DNA of 63,432 nt, filler included, from Choristocarpus tenellus KU-1152 (GCA_964200185.2; 10 parts of 10 records of this genome joined end to end with filler, not necessarily neighbours in it), one strand, 5' to 3'; counted from the whole stretch's first letter, positions 38,210 through 51,289 are shown. Program-made: numbers and translations. The notes: generated from the letters alone by a model not told the origin.

Positions 38210-41114
38210 ACTATCTTCTATCCTTCAGATTTCAAACATTGTCTCATCCTTGGATTGTTCTTCTACAGAGTCTTCTATTACACATTAATAAAAAGTACAT
38301 TCTTAACACATTCCCTTGCTTTGAACATCAAGTGAAAGATAGCACCTCAAACATTCTTGGGACATATCTTCAACACAGAAATCAATCTCAATTCATTCTA
38401 CACGTGATAACACTGGAATGCCTACTGAAAGATTCCTTAGACAAGCCTTTAGTAAAAAGATTAGCATGTTGGAACTCCATTGACAAATATCCAATTGCAA
38501 TCTTTCCTTCCTTCTCCAACCGGCGTCCGTAATGATACCTATTATCAATGTGCTGGGTCTACCACCAGATACCTCCTTCTTAGCAATCTTGATTGCACCA
38601 TCATTGTCTTTGAACACTGATAAGGAGTAATCCTTACAAAGTAGGTACATGAACTTGCGCACTTGCTTGAGGAGCACAACCTCTTTCCCAACTCACACAG
38701 AGCAACATGCTCAACCTCAGCAGTATACGGTGTAACCGTTTTCTGCTTCCTAGACCACCAGTTAACACATCCTCCCCCCAAATATCACAACACCATCAGT
38801 AATAGACAATCTGCTGTCCTTGCAGTTTGCATAATCAGCATCTGTATAGCCAGTCAACTGATCCCTGGGTCCACTCCCACACAATCCAAAGTCACCGAGG
38901 GTAATTACATGCTCTTTTGTACCCAACAAGTACCCAATCTCTCTCTCAGCATTGCACCAATCAGACCAACTTGGATTCTCTCACTATATGCCAATTCTCT
39001 AATGCAAATGATACAACAGGTCTAGTCATGATAGCAGCCCATTGTATACCACCAATCATAGGTCATTTGTCGTCTGGAACAGGTCCCTCCTTCTCCACTC
39101 TCTTTGTGATGGACAGCAGCTCGTAAGTCATGCCAATACCATGTCTTTCAGCCAGCTCTCTGATGTACAAGCTCTGATCCACCATAAGTGTCCCGGTATT
39201 CCTGTTCCTCCTGATCCTGCATCCCATAAATTTGGTTACCTCACTCAAATTCACCACCGGGAACTTTTTGTTAAGTCCCTCGATGACACACACAGCATAA
39301 TCAGCCTCTGGTTCCTCAGCCATCAGCATGTCATCAACATGAACAATCATGAGACCCATAGTATCCTAGTGGGGGAGGTCAGATGTCCATTTAGGGCCTG
39401 TATGAACTTGTAGTGATTTTCATGTCATCTGAGTGAACATATCAGACGTATGGGCAATTTTCTTAACCTGAACGCACCTTTCTTTCCACCCTCCTGCCTG
39501 AACCAAATCCAAAGCAAAGACACTCGCAACACGGGCATCAAACTGAATTATCTTTCAACACCCCCATCAACCTCTGAATGGACGACCTGGGCTATATACC
39601 CTCCCCCTCTAAGATATTACGGGTCTGATTATTGCAGCCTCACTATCCACATTCAATTTGAACAAACATGGATCTGCCTCAGATTGTTCCAATCCCAGCT
39701 CCAACAAGCTTCCACCAGCAGAAAATTCCAGTTCCAAGAATCCTGGACTATCCCATACAGGTACTTCTTCAGTGATCCAACTGCTCCATCAAAGTTCGCC
39801 TTTCCTTCTGGAAGTTCCACATATAAAGTTTCCTCCAAGTCAGCCTGTGTGAAGGCATTCTCCCCATTACTGTGGATCAACACATAATTCCGCCATTACT
39901 TGCCATCCGTCGTTCTAGTTGACATTTACAAAGTTGATAAGTCGCAAACTCTTCTTTGCCTGTCAAGTCTTGTTGCATGTTCTTTACCAGTAACCTGTCG
40001 GATCTCGATGAAATATTCTTCCATCAAGCAATTGTGCATGACACTCAATTGCTCCTCTTTACTTGGTTCATCCTGTATCGATCTCATCTTCTTCACAATC
40101 CTGTCCAGTTTCATGATGAACGTGGACGGATCCTCTCCCACAGGTAAATGAAGCGAATTTAACTTGGATCTCATGGTATCCCTCTCCGTGATTACACTTC
40201 TCCTGAAATGGTCCCTTAAAGCTTGAAAAGCTTCAGAAGGACTGTCATGGTTGCTCACCACTTGTTGCACAAACCCATCCAAAGCCATCATCAGAGCTGC
40301 CATGGCCATACTTGCTTTCTCCACTTCTCATTCTGACCATCTTGAATCATCAAAGAAATCACAACTCCCCCTGATGTGATCATCTGATAATAATGTATCC
40401 TTCCAACCGCCCATGGCAGCACACAAAAGGAAGTTTTGCTTGAACATTTGCATATCTTTCGCCACCATCGTCACCACTATAAACCTTGAACTTTGACGGC
40501 AGTGGTATCAGTCGTTGCAATGGTTGTCCAGCTGGTGCCATCTGTTGCGCGGGTCTCCTAACCATCTTTTCATCATCATTCTCGGATTCAACCACCTTTC
40601 CACCTTCTTCGACTGGTGTTCCAGGTGTCGTTTCTCCATACTCTGCTCTTCTTGAAGTACATCTTCTGTAACTGACGGCTGCCTCCATCGGAACTCCCCC
40701 TCAAATAGATTTTAACGCTAGCCTTGAGAACTTAGCACACTCCAACTAGTAATGCTAGCTAGCATGTTAAAGAAATTGACGTTCCCAACACTTGTGTATG
40801 CAAGTAACTCGATTAATTCCTTATTGCGTAGATCAGTTTGTAGATGAAGTGAGGAAGGTGAAAGGAGGAGTGAGCATCCAAGCCCAAGGGGGGGGGTCCT
40901 TGGCACCAAATCAATTCTATTCTGTGAATGACTAATCAAACAAATCACATATTACTTCCCACAATGCTTCCTATTCTCAAACTCTTCCATGTTCTAGTTC
41001 TTGAAACCCAACCATATCATCTATTCTTCAGAACAAAAACATTGTCTCTTCATCCTTAGATTGTTTCTTCTACAGAATCTTCTTTACACATGAAAAAAAA
41101 GCGTATTCTTAACA
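38210..41114 (-). mobile_element. Ty1/copia element, internally deleted (gag, RT, RNase H) with LTRs
   Basis: 5' LTR 40765-41114 (TGTTAA..TTAACA). About 95 bp of it is repeated at ~38212-38308, next to the PPT AAGCAAGGGAATG. Gag 40688-39926; RT NAFTQADLEETLYVELPEG, LKKYLYG and IVHVDDML; RNase H WWSRKQKTV..TAEVEHVAL and DNDGAI. Confidence 0.9.
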
Positions 41115-41449
41115 GGGGAAGCGGCCACTAGCGAACCCACAAAAGCTGCATGCTGGTGGAGTCTCATGGAGGATAGGCCTAGGCCCCCCGAACTTGCAGG
41201 CATCTGTGCCTGGACTTGGTGTGTTTCAACGCAGAGAGATCCATTTTCAACCCCCCATCAAAGACCTCAGTGGGTCCTGCTGAGTCTGCTACCTCCACTG
41301 TATTCTCCAGAGTCCATCGCGAGAGGTTGCCAACTTGTTCCATGGTGGGACTTGCCAGGTGGGGGAGAATGACCCTCACCAAATAATCCGAGTGGGAAAA
41401 GAGGAATCAGGAGTTGAAGAGCCAGGCAGCCTGTTTATCCTAATTTCAC

Positions 41450-42405
41450 TCAGGTGTGTTACCAGCTTTTGTGAGTCTGAGCTCTCTATCACCCCAGTGA
41501 TGTGGGCTTGGATATATACCTAGTGTGGTAAAACCATTTGGGTTTGGAGCCAGGTTGATTCCTGCTGACACTAGGAGTTCTACTTCCGAGCATGTGGGCT
41601 GGTGGCCCAGGGATCGTGTAGCATAGGACTACCATGTTTAGTACTATACCCACATACAGGTCCATTCTCAGCTGCTCAACGGCAGCTATAATAGTGAAGT
41701 TTATCTCTCTTGCGAAGATAGATGTGATGTCCAGGAAGCTCCTGGAGGGAACCCCCTGAGTCCAAAGGTGGACTGGATCAGTTGGCGAGTTGACCGTGAT
41801 CATGTAGCAGAGTAAGGGGTCATGGGGATCTCCTTGTTGTGTCCCTGTCTTTGAGGGCATATTTTCATCACCCCCTCATCTTGTGCGAAAAGAAGATCAC
41901 AGGTAACCCCGAATACCTTGGCTAAATACAGTGGGAGTCCTGGTAGTCATTAAGGGAGGCCCTTAACGACAGCTGAGCAACACACACTTTTGAAGGTATT
42001 TTTGTCATCTAGGCCAACAAAAAATTCGTCATACTAATTTCTTAGGCAACTGTCCGGTAGGGCATGCTCAACCCCATTTGAGAACCTTACTCCACACTGC
42101 CCCATACCTCCAGAATGTTTGTCAAGGAAGGGGTGGCAGTCTGCACAGAAGGCTGAGGCATATGCCCTCCTGAAGAAAGAGCCACAGGTGATGGGCGGTA
42201 CTTCTTCCTGATTGCTCACAGTATGGGAGTGATGTGATGTTTCCAAAACTTGGGAGGAAAAGAGCTTGGGGAGATGTAGATAAACTCTCTCAGCACAGCA
42301 ACGTCTCTGTCACCTCCTCATGGTCAACATATTCTGTTGTAATGACCAATCAGATATGTCGAAAGTGCATCCCATCAGGGCCTGGTGCAGAGCTGATGTT
42401 CGCTC
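41450..42405 (-). pseudogene. Non-LTR retrotransposon RT fragment (CRE/R2-like)
   Basis: APGPDGMHFRH, PITCGSFFRR, QCGV..NGVEH, GTQQGDP.DPLL and SFLDI, in LINE RT order. Confidence 0.75.
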
Positions 42406-42406
42406 G

Positions 42407-42450
42407 GAGTCAAAGCATCTTAGAGGGTAGAGCCGCGTCCATTTGAGGGC
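42407..42450 (+). mobile_element. MITE family 1 start at the contig edge
   Basis: GAGTCAAAGCATCTTAGAGGGTAGAGCCGCGTCCATTTG. Confidence 0.8.
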
Positions 42451-42723
42451 NNNNNNNNNNNNNNNNNNNNNNNNNNNNNNNNNNNNNNNNNNNNTTAATT
42501 AATTAANNNNNNNNNNNNNNNNNNNNNNNNNNNNNNNNNNNNNNNNNNNNCAATTGGACTGTCGCTACCCCCCCCAGATACATTCACCCGCAAGTTACAT
42601 TCACCTCATGATCTACTCCTTATTCTAGTTTGAAGTCATCATGTATCTTTCAGATGTCGTAGGATTGAATATATTTTAGTCTTGGTCTCCTGTAAATAGC
42701 TGCTGTCTACGCTGCCTACTCAC

Positions 42724-45700
42724 CTTCATATCCATTCTTACTCTAGCTGCTATCACATGCACACTTGTTGTCTTGCCCGGAACCTTCGTGTTCATGACCT
42801 GCCCATGAGCAAAACCATCATTCACAAGATAGTGGTTTTATCCTTCTATACCACTGTGACAGTTGTAATTGTCTGAGTGAAAGCATCTTAGAGGGCACGA
42901 ATTTTGCCCTATTTGTCTGTTTGGGGTTTGACTTCCAACTGTTTTTTAAAAACATTTTTCTACTCTGAAATGTTTCGGAGTAGGTAAAATATATACGTTA
43001 TGGAAAGGTGTGTCTGGAACAAGGATATTAACACTTCCTAAAAAACACGATAGCCAAAATTACATCAAAATCGCAACATTGAATTTAGCAACTAAATGAA
43101 CGCGGCTCTACCCTCAAAGATGCTTTTACTATCTTTAAATATGCACACACACATGTTTCTTGTATGTAAATGGGGCGTTTCGGTGGGAAAAAAATAGGCA
43201 TGTTCGAGGTGCTAGGTACTAATGTGTTGGATGACAAGATAGACTTAAAGAACTTTACCCCAGAGCAAGAGAATGTGCACCAAACGTCTCATCTAACTTC
43301 TTCACCTCTTCATTGTCCACTGATACTTCTATGTCTTGGCATCCAACATATATTCCTTCATCATGCAACATTAATCTCAAATTTCTCGTTCATTCTCAAA
43401 GAAACCTGTGAGGTATGGGTTTAAAGCGTGGTTTACAGTACCAAACACGGACCCAAATCATCTAAGAGGGTAGGGCCACGCCTGTTCAGGATCATAAATA
43501 CAATGTTGTGATTTTGATTAATTTTTGCTATCGTATTTGTTAGCAAGTGTCAACATCCTTGCTCCGGACAAACCTTTCGTAGTAATACACATTTTAGGCA
43601 GCTTTGTTCACACAGAATACCGAAGAGGGCATAAAAAACCCTTGGGAAGCCAAGTCCCAAAGGCTCAAAGTATCTGGGGGGGGGATGGCGGCTATCCATT
43701 TGTCAAGTTTTTCATGTCGCGATTTTTGGGAGATTTGGTTACATACGTCGGATGGATAATGTAAATGCACTTTTCCTGATTTTGGCCCAAATGGACACCC
43801 TGGTGTAGACCCCTCCCCCCAGATACTTTGGGTCCGAACAGACTAGCAGGGAAAAACTCCTACCCTCTTAAATACTTTGACTCATGAACACTCACACTGC
43901 AGTCACAGGGGAAAAATGTATATATAATACTCAAACCGCCTACCTCCTCTCTGCCGCTCACCTCCTTATATCTATCCTCAATGTACTTGAGTGCTGGCAT
44001 AGCCTCCCCCTCTGGTCCATCATACTCTGGGAAGCATGTTGTCAAGGGCTGAGGAAGAGTGAGCAGTAAACCAGTGAGAGAGTTTCTATCTATGCTTCTT
44101 TGCGAGCGAAAGTATCTTAGAGGGTACGAGTTTTGCCCTGTTTGTCCATTTCGGGCTTGGCTTCCCATGTTTATTTTTATGATATTTTCCTAATCCAAAA
44201 TGTTTCGGAGTAGGTAAAATGTGTAAGTTACGAAAAGGTGTGTCCGTAACAAGGATATTTACACTTCCTAGCAAACATGATAGCCAAAATTATATCAAAA
44301 TTGCACATTGGATTTTGATCTCCAAATGGACATGGCTCTACCATCTAAGATACTTTGGCTCTTGCCGCAAAGTTAATTTGGAGTAAAATATAATTTTTTC
44401 AAATGAGAAGGCAGACAATGAGAATGGTCATGTTGGGAGAGGGTTAGGGATTGAATGAACGAGCAGTACCTCTTATTCATAGCAATTAGGTCTTTCAGGT
44501 GAGTGAGTAAATAACTATTTGTTGCTTCAACCACCCTCATATGTGATGTAGGCTTTTCTTGGATGCCACCTCTCTCCTCTCATCTGCACCATAGCTCTTT
44601 ATTAAAGAAGGTACACAGAGGGGGAGGATGATACTGACTTAGCAACTCAAACACACCAGTGGAAAACAGAATGCTAGGTGAACGATGATATGAGCCATTC
44701 AGCTGAGAAGTTATGTACTCTTGTTCAAAACGGTCTAGAGAACTGATCGAAATCTCTTCCCTATATTCCCCTCTCCAACCTCTCCTCATCTGTCCCCAAT
44801 AACTTCTGCCAGCAATGAGAGGCTCCCAAAAACTTTGAAATCCTGTTCTCACTTTTGTGAGGATCATGGTCTCAAAAAGATCCTTCTTGTTGAGGAAGAC
44901 AAAGATTGGCGTATTCTCAAATATGGGATTTCCCACTACCTCGCCAAAGAGTGTCAGCGACTCTTGCATCCGATTCACACTATTATCTTCAAATAGAACC
45001 TGGACACAGTTTGAAGGCACGGGTGAGATTGGAGGAGTGGGGAGTGGGAATCTGTTGCAACTTCCAACGTTTCTAGGAATTCGTCCAGAGCTGGAGGGAA
45101 AGAGAGCTTCCTGCATTCAATGCTTGGGTTTTCGGTTTTGGGAGGTTTACTCCAGGACTGAGCGTTGAGCACCTCATGTAGACCTCAAGAGACATTTTTT
45201 TTAGGGAACTGAATTGAGATGATAATGAGAGATCAGTGTGAATGTGGAAGGAGGTCAGAGTGGATATGAGATGCTTGTGTAGAGATTGTGGTAGAAGGTT
45301 GGGTGTTGAGACAAGATTTGTGCATGTACTAGCCGTAAGTGCTGCTTTGAGAAGTATTGACTGCACTGAACGGGATCAATTGGGTCAGGGCTGGCAAAAT
45401 TGTTGTCGGCCTTTGCTTCAGAATGACTTTGGCAGGCATTTCTACCAAAAAAATGTTCTCGCTGATGTCCATGATTTCAACTCCTACGAAGAGAACAGAG
45501 TGCAAGGAAAAGTGATTGGAACCACAAACTCTCAGCTGAGGAGCACATCAACCAGGACTTCGGATCCCAAATGATTCCTCCATGATGTTATCCAAACTTC
45601 ATGATGTCTTACTTGGCCATCATACATCTTACACAGCCCTTGTCAGTGAGGGTGCCAGAGACCGAGGGCCCAAGCAAGGTTAAAAGGATGGAACTCTTTG

Positions 45701-46246
45701 AGGAAGTTGGGGAGGATTCCTGCTTAGGCCGATTGGCAAGTAGGGTGCTGAGCTTTAACCCCCTATAAACTTTTGGGATGCCTGGGAGTTCTTTGTTTCC
45801 TGGATATTGCAGGTTAATAGATCATGAGGAGTGAATAGTAGTCACCTGCACTTTTCTTTTCTAACAAGATTGAACACTTTTGTTTACTTGGTTTTCCCAT
45901 TGATCGCACATCAACCAAGTCCACCCTTCCCTATTTCCCCGAGATAAAACGTTCAACCCCTTCATGCCCCGCAATGCCTCTTCTACAGCAATAAAATCCG
46001 TGACCATCGACCACCTAGCATGGTTTCTGGTCCTCTGTCATAGGACTAACCCTAACCCTAACCCTAACCCTAACCCTAACCCTAACCCTAACCCTAACCC
46101 TAACCCTATTTCATCACCAAATTCATTGACCTACCTGATGATATCCGCTGAGTCCAACAAGAAAGACAATGGCTTTTACGTCATCAAAACAATGCATCCA
46201 TTTCCGCCGTTCGCTCCGTTGTCCACCAACATCTACTAGAGAGTAC
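42724..46246 (-). CDS. Heterotrimeric G-protein alpha subunit, partial (C-terminal half, 4 exons)
   Basis: Exons 46246-46135 ([19 protein letters not shown]), 44999-44853 ([15 protein letters not shown]), 44048-43962 ([11 protein letters not shown]) and 42798-42724 ([12 protein letters not shown]). Confidence 0.95.
42875..43130 (-). mobile_element. MITE family 1 copy in a G-alpha intron
   Basis: GAGTGAAAGCATCTTAGAGGG..CCCTCAAAGATGCTTT, colinear with the family. Confidence 0.85.
43449..43883 (+). mobile_element. Diverged MITE family 1 copy containing a nested family 2 MITE (43661-43835)
   Basis: Family 1 sequence is interrupted at GGGAAGCCAAGTCCCAA by a complete family 2 unit, then resumes to ..TACTTTGACTC. 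Confidence 0.8.
44104..44361 (-). mobile_element. MITE family 1 copy in a G-alpha intron
   Basis: GAG..CTC ends, TSD TTGC on both sides. Confidence 0.9.
46046..46108. repeat. Interstitial telomere-type repeat (CCCTAA)~10
   Basis: Perfect CCCTAA array inside a G-alpha intron. Confidence 0.95.
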
Positions 46247-46317
46247 CTGTGTGGAAGTCACACATGAAACAATGTGGACCGGGAGGGAACACAGAAGGTG
46301 AATATGACCACAACACT

Positions 46318-46458
46318 GGGTCAACGTATCTGGGGGGGCGGGGGTGTCGGCGTCCGTTTTTCATCCTTTTTCGATTTTCACTTTTTTGGTGTGATTTGGT
46401 CGCACGTGTCGGATTTGAAATGTAAAAAAAAAATGAGTTGTTCGACCGAAATGGACGC
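46318..46458 (+). mobile_element. MITE family 2-like copy at the contig edge
   Basis: GGGTCAACGTATCTGGGGGGG..GTCCGTTT..GTGATTTGG..AAATGGAC. Confidence 0.75.
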
Positions 46459-46558
46459 NNNNNNNNNNNNNNNNNNNNNNNNNNNNNNNNNNNNNNNNNN
46501 NNTTAATTAATTAANNNNNNNNNNNNNNNNNNNNNNNNNNNNNNNNNNNNNNNNNNNN

Positions 46559-46632
46559 CACCATGATTCCTCATCGCTAGTAGTCTACGCATTTTACCTA
46601 CGTGTACGATGCATTTGATTCAGGTTTCAACA
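46559..46632 (+). mobile_element. 3' end of an LTR family A copy
   Basis: Nearly identical to 53783-53846; ends GGTTTCAACA. Confidence 0.75.
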
Positions 46633-47451
46633 ATAATCATGTTTTTGACATAAACGGCGCACTCTACTACTCGTCCCCATCTACCTGTACACTGTCACTC
46701 TGACAGGACCCTCAACCCTTTTCCGTCCTGCTGTATGTACCAACCTATAAAGTATTAGCTTTTACAACCTACAATACATGTACTGCCACCTCTGCCAAGA
46801 CCACTACCATAGGAATCGCCCCGATTAATCATTTTCGCGTCTATCCCGTTTCACTCCACCATAACATCGATAACATTGTGGTCAGTCCTTCGTTATTTCT
46901 ATGGATTTACCCGCATACCCCTTGTATTGTGTCTGAATCTCCCACTTCACCACACATGTCCCATTCCTACTATACACTTATCTATGAGATGTTTTTCGTC
47001 GGCACGGTCATCATCCCCCATGCCTTGTGGACGTTTCCCCACCAATTGTATAACCACTTCTTTAACTTCTCGCCTGCCTCCTGTGCCTCCTAATCACTCA
47101 GTACTTAACTCTTCGTTCACCCCTTGCCTACCTTTTCTTTTTCCTTCCTCGCCTCTACCTCCCCTGTAACATATTACCACCAGAATTCTTCCGCCTACCA
47201 AAGGGCAGTTTACTTCATGAACTTTCCCTTTTCAGGCTATAAGAGAGGCCTCGAGGTTTTCCTCCCAATTCTCTCTTATATGGAGCAAACTTGCATTTTT
47301 TTTTCACTGGAAGCCGTGTCTAAAGTTAAGCAAAATATAACAATGTAACGCACAGAACTGCTCGACACCAACAGTACACAACATAGCAGTCTTGTGTCTC
47401 TCAGTACTGCACAGTAGAGTGCATACAGTATATCACATCAGGGTTACACGA

Positions 47452-48045
47452 CTGCAAAGTATCTGGGGGGGGGCGGTGCGGGCATCCGTTTGGGACCCTT
47501 TTTTCGATTTTCCCATCATTAGGTGATTTGGTTGCACGTGTCGGATTTTGAATGTGTTTAAAGAGGGCTGTTGGTTAGGGTCCGTTTTGTTGTTGCTTTC
47601 GCATGAAGAATGGGAAAATATGCCATCCTTTGTTGTCGGGTTAGTTTGGAGTTTCAACGATTGCATGTGTCGGATTTTCAATGTGTTCAAACAGGACTGT
47701 TGGTTAGGGTATGTTGTCCTAGAGTTCGCATGAAGAATGAAGAATGATACCATGGATTTTTTTAGGTTAGTTTATTGTTTCTTTGGTTAAATGAGTCCGA
47801 TTTCATGTGTACAAAACAGGGCTGTCAGTTAGGGCTGTCAGTTAGGGTCCGTTGTCCTACGGTTCGCATGAAGAAAGGGAAAATATGCCATCCTTTGTTT
47901 TCGGGTTAGTTTAGTGTTTCTTTGATTACATGTGTCGGATTTTCAATGTGTTCAAACAGGGCTGTTGGTCAGGGTCTGTTGTCCTATGTTTTGCAAGAAG
48001 AACGTAAAAAATACCATCCTTTGTTAGGGGGTCGGTTTAGTAGGT
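47452..48045 (+). repeat. Family 2-type transposon end followed by four ~126-139-bp tandem units
   Basis: Anchor GTGTCGGATTTT recurs at 47538, 47667, 47793 (variant) and 47932; units share GGCTGTTGGTTAGGG and TTCGCATGAAGAA. Confidence 0.85.
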
Positions 48046-49813
48046 TGATTTAATGCTGATGACATAGGGTTAGGTTAGGGTGAGGAAGGTCGAGGATGAC
48101 ACAGGGATGGAATTTGGGTGGTAGGACGCATGGCGCTTTTAGGCTGGTATGGTATCAGATGGGCTCAGGGTTAAGGTCAGGGTAAGGTTTATGGTTAGTG
48201 TTATTGCGAGGGGGCGGCGATCCAGGCCATTCGTTGAGTTTATGGAACGTGTTTGTGGTAGGCTCAGGGTTAGTGCTGTGGTGTTAGGAGTATCAGACAT
48301 TGAACTTCAGGGAATATTCTTTGAAGATTGAAAGGAAGGCGAAATTGACCCTCGCTTGTCGAAATGTGGGCAAAGCATGAGATGTTAGTGTGATTTGCTG
48401 TGGATTTTGTATTGTCAGGAACTGGCAGGCTTAGAAACAAGGTTGAACAATGGTGTTTGTTTGGTGTACGAAAAGTTAGGGTTGGAGGCAGGGTTAGAGT
48501 TCGTGTCGGGGTTAGGTGCCAAAAAGAGGAAATTATACGATGATGGTTGGATCCTACGCCTTGCATCGCAGTAAGGGTTTGATGATCGATCCCTCTCTAC
48601 ATTATGGTAAAGAGTGGTGTTGAAGTGAACAAATGTTGACAGAATCTTGAAGTGTGAGGTGCAAGGTTGGAGTATGTACGTGTTTTGATTTCTTTTGGCA
48701 AATTTGGAGATAGGAAGGTGAACCCGAATACTGATCCGAAGCCATACTTTGGTAAGCATTAATGGGTATGAGGAAGCCACGGGTTCACCAGAGGGACACG
48801 TATTCTTGTCAGTTATGTGCGAAGAGTTAGTGGGACGTCGGGAAAAGATGAAACATGCTATTTTAATACGGTGAATCGAAAATGAGAAGTAGAGGGGAGC
48901 TAGGTAGGGTTTGGAGAACAATTAGCGGCTGGGAAGGAGATAATTTGTCGAATGTAGGCCTTGGCGAAGTGTTTGGAAACTTAGCCAAAAAGAACGAGAA
49001 GAGTTGGTTATTAAAAATGTTATATTTTGGCAGTCTGGACCTTGGATTGGACACACTTTATTAAAAAAGAAAAACATAAGCCTAACCCTCAAGATGAGTA
49101 TTATGTTACAGGCGCCCCTCAATGCTCACCTTTCCAGGATGTACAAGTCAAATCCAATTCACAGGCTAACGCACNNNNNNNNNNNNNNNNNNNNNNNNNN
49201 NNNNNNNNNNNNNNNNNNTTAATTAATTAANNNNNNNNNNNNNNNNNNNNNNNNNNNNNNNNNNNNNNNNNNNNCACTTGAGAGGTCTTGGCAGCTCTTT
49301 CTTGTGGTGTACAATCAAGTACTTAGATACAAAAGGGGGAATGACTTCAGTGTGGAGCACACAGGGGTAAGGAAGAGGCAGTTGTATGATGAGCTTGAAA
49401 ACACGCCTAAGGCAGACATGGAGTTTTTTTCTGTGGCTGATAAAATTGTGATAGATGGCGAGTAATAATAATAAAAAGAGCTGAGCCTAACCAGAAATTC
49501 GTCAAGGATTCCAAATCTTCGCTCAGAAATGAATTTCATCAACATCTTCAACAGTTATGGACAACGCGGCACATACTTAAGGCACGGAGGCAGTATATCA
49601 ATTGAGTTGTATCGCCATTGGTGTAATCTTATGTCTACAAATATTGACACAGGAATTCTTTTGTGAGGATACTACGTTCAAGAAATTGGTTAATCGAAGC
49701 GACAATAGTTGATATGCTTAAGATGCAAAAAAATAATGGATGTGGTTAGGCCCTCTTCTCTCGCTCCACCCCATCTCAAAATTGTACCACCCTGCAACAG
49801 GGCGCACAACCAT

Positions 49814-50329
49814 TGTTACAACGCGGAAGTCTCGGTAGGACCTCCATGTTACAACACGCTCCAGAACTCACCTCCACAGGATGTGCAACCTCAAATCCAA
49901 CAACCTTAGAACGACACTATGGGGGTGTTGCCTCTGGTGACAGTTACTTGGATGTCAGACACTATTCTCTCGATGCTTCAATCAGTGCTTACCTCAAAGC
50001 TTGACTTAATGTTTCACTCAAGATCAAAGAATGACAAAGGGTGCATTGAGAGGTCCTCAAAAGCACTCTTATATTATCATCATCCACTCGACTTGTACAT
50101 AATATAAGTTAAAAGACATCTGCAAGCTGTTGTATACATGCTCGAATTACAATACTCTTCTGCAACTCCCAGGGATTAACGTCTATTCTGTGAGGTTATG
50201 TATGTATTTTGAATCTTACTCTGCATCTCCTATCAATTCAACGTTCCTCTTATATGAATTCTTCCATATGTATACTGTTCGCGCATGTTGGCAAACAGAA
50301 AGAAATGCTCGCGCTATTCGCCTGTAACA
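49814..50329 (+). mobile_element. LTR family B copy (possibly a 5' LTR)
   Basis: TGTTACA..TGTAACA; reverse-complement homology to 3015-3737; no TSD; followed by PBS-like TGCTCCCC. Confidence 0.75.
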
Positions 50330-50442
50330 TGCTCCCCAGCATGAACTAGCAATACGTGTTTCACGCTTACCATAGGCGATTTTCACCGGTGAAGGCAATA
50401 GATATCATCGATCACCTTAGATCATCCTGTGGCAAGGAGAAA

Positions 50443-50701
50443 GAGTGAAAGTATCTCAGAGGGTACTAGTTTTGCCCTGCTTTTCAATTTGGGGCTTGAC
50501 TTCCCACAGGATTTTCATGGCATTTTAACTACTCCGAAATATTTCGGAGTAAGTAAAATATATACGTTATGAAAAGGTGTGTCCGAAAAAAGGATACTGA
50601 CACTTCCTAACAAACACGATAGCCAAAATTACATCAAAATCGCAACATTGGATTTTGGACCCGAAATGGATGCTGCTCTGCCCTCTAAGATTCTTTGGCT
50701 C
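50443..50701 (-). mobile_element. MITE family 1 copy
   Basis: GAGTGAAAGTATCTC..AAGATTCTTTGGCTC. Confidence 0.88.
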
Positions 50702-51289
50702 AAAGAAGAAAAAAATACCTAACTCCTACTAGGCCCAAAACATTTATCCTTGTCTACTTGGAGAAATCTGTCTGCATCTAGCCTAATCTAAGCATACATT
50801 TACTCTTTCTATAGTACAGTTACTCTAAGGTGCCAAATATCATCTGAATATTGTCTGTCTCTTCCCCCCCAAGCACGAAGCATACTGACGGCTGCTAGTG
50901 CATAAAACAGGCAATAACATCTACATCAGCATAAAAAGAAAATGAGACAAGGGACAGAAAAGGACTGAAGAAAGATAGAACAAAACAAGGACTTAAGGGG
51001 ACCAGGTACCTGGTTTGACAGAAAAAAAATGAAATTAAAAAATATACAATTGTGGAATCAGGGTTAACACAAACAGGGGAAAACAAAATGAATCCCATAT
51101 GAATTCTATCTGTTCTGATGTGGGTTACTTCATGGTTCCAACTTCTGCTATCCTACGCCCCATGCAGGGACTACCTGTTTTATGTTTACCACAGGCGATA
51201 ATAATCGATCGGGATCATGAATATAATCCATCACCTTGAATCATGCCGCAGCGGCATGCATAATTGCCATTTGGTAAAATAGGGGCTTC

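Noticed and set aside
45964-46239. ORF with an NPNPNP repeat
   Set aside because: Translation of (CCCTAA)n, antisense to G-alpha exon and intron sequence.
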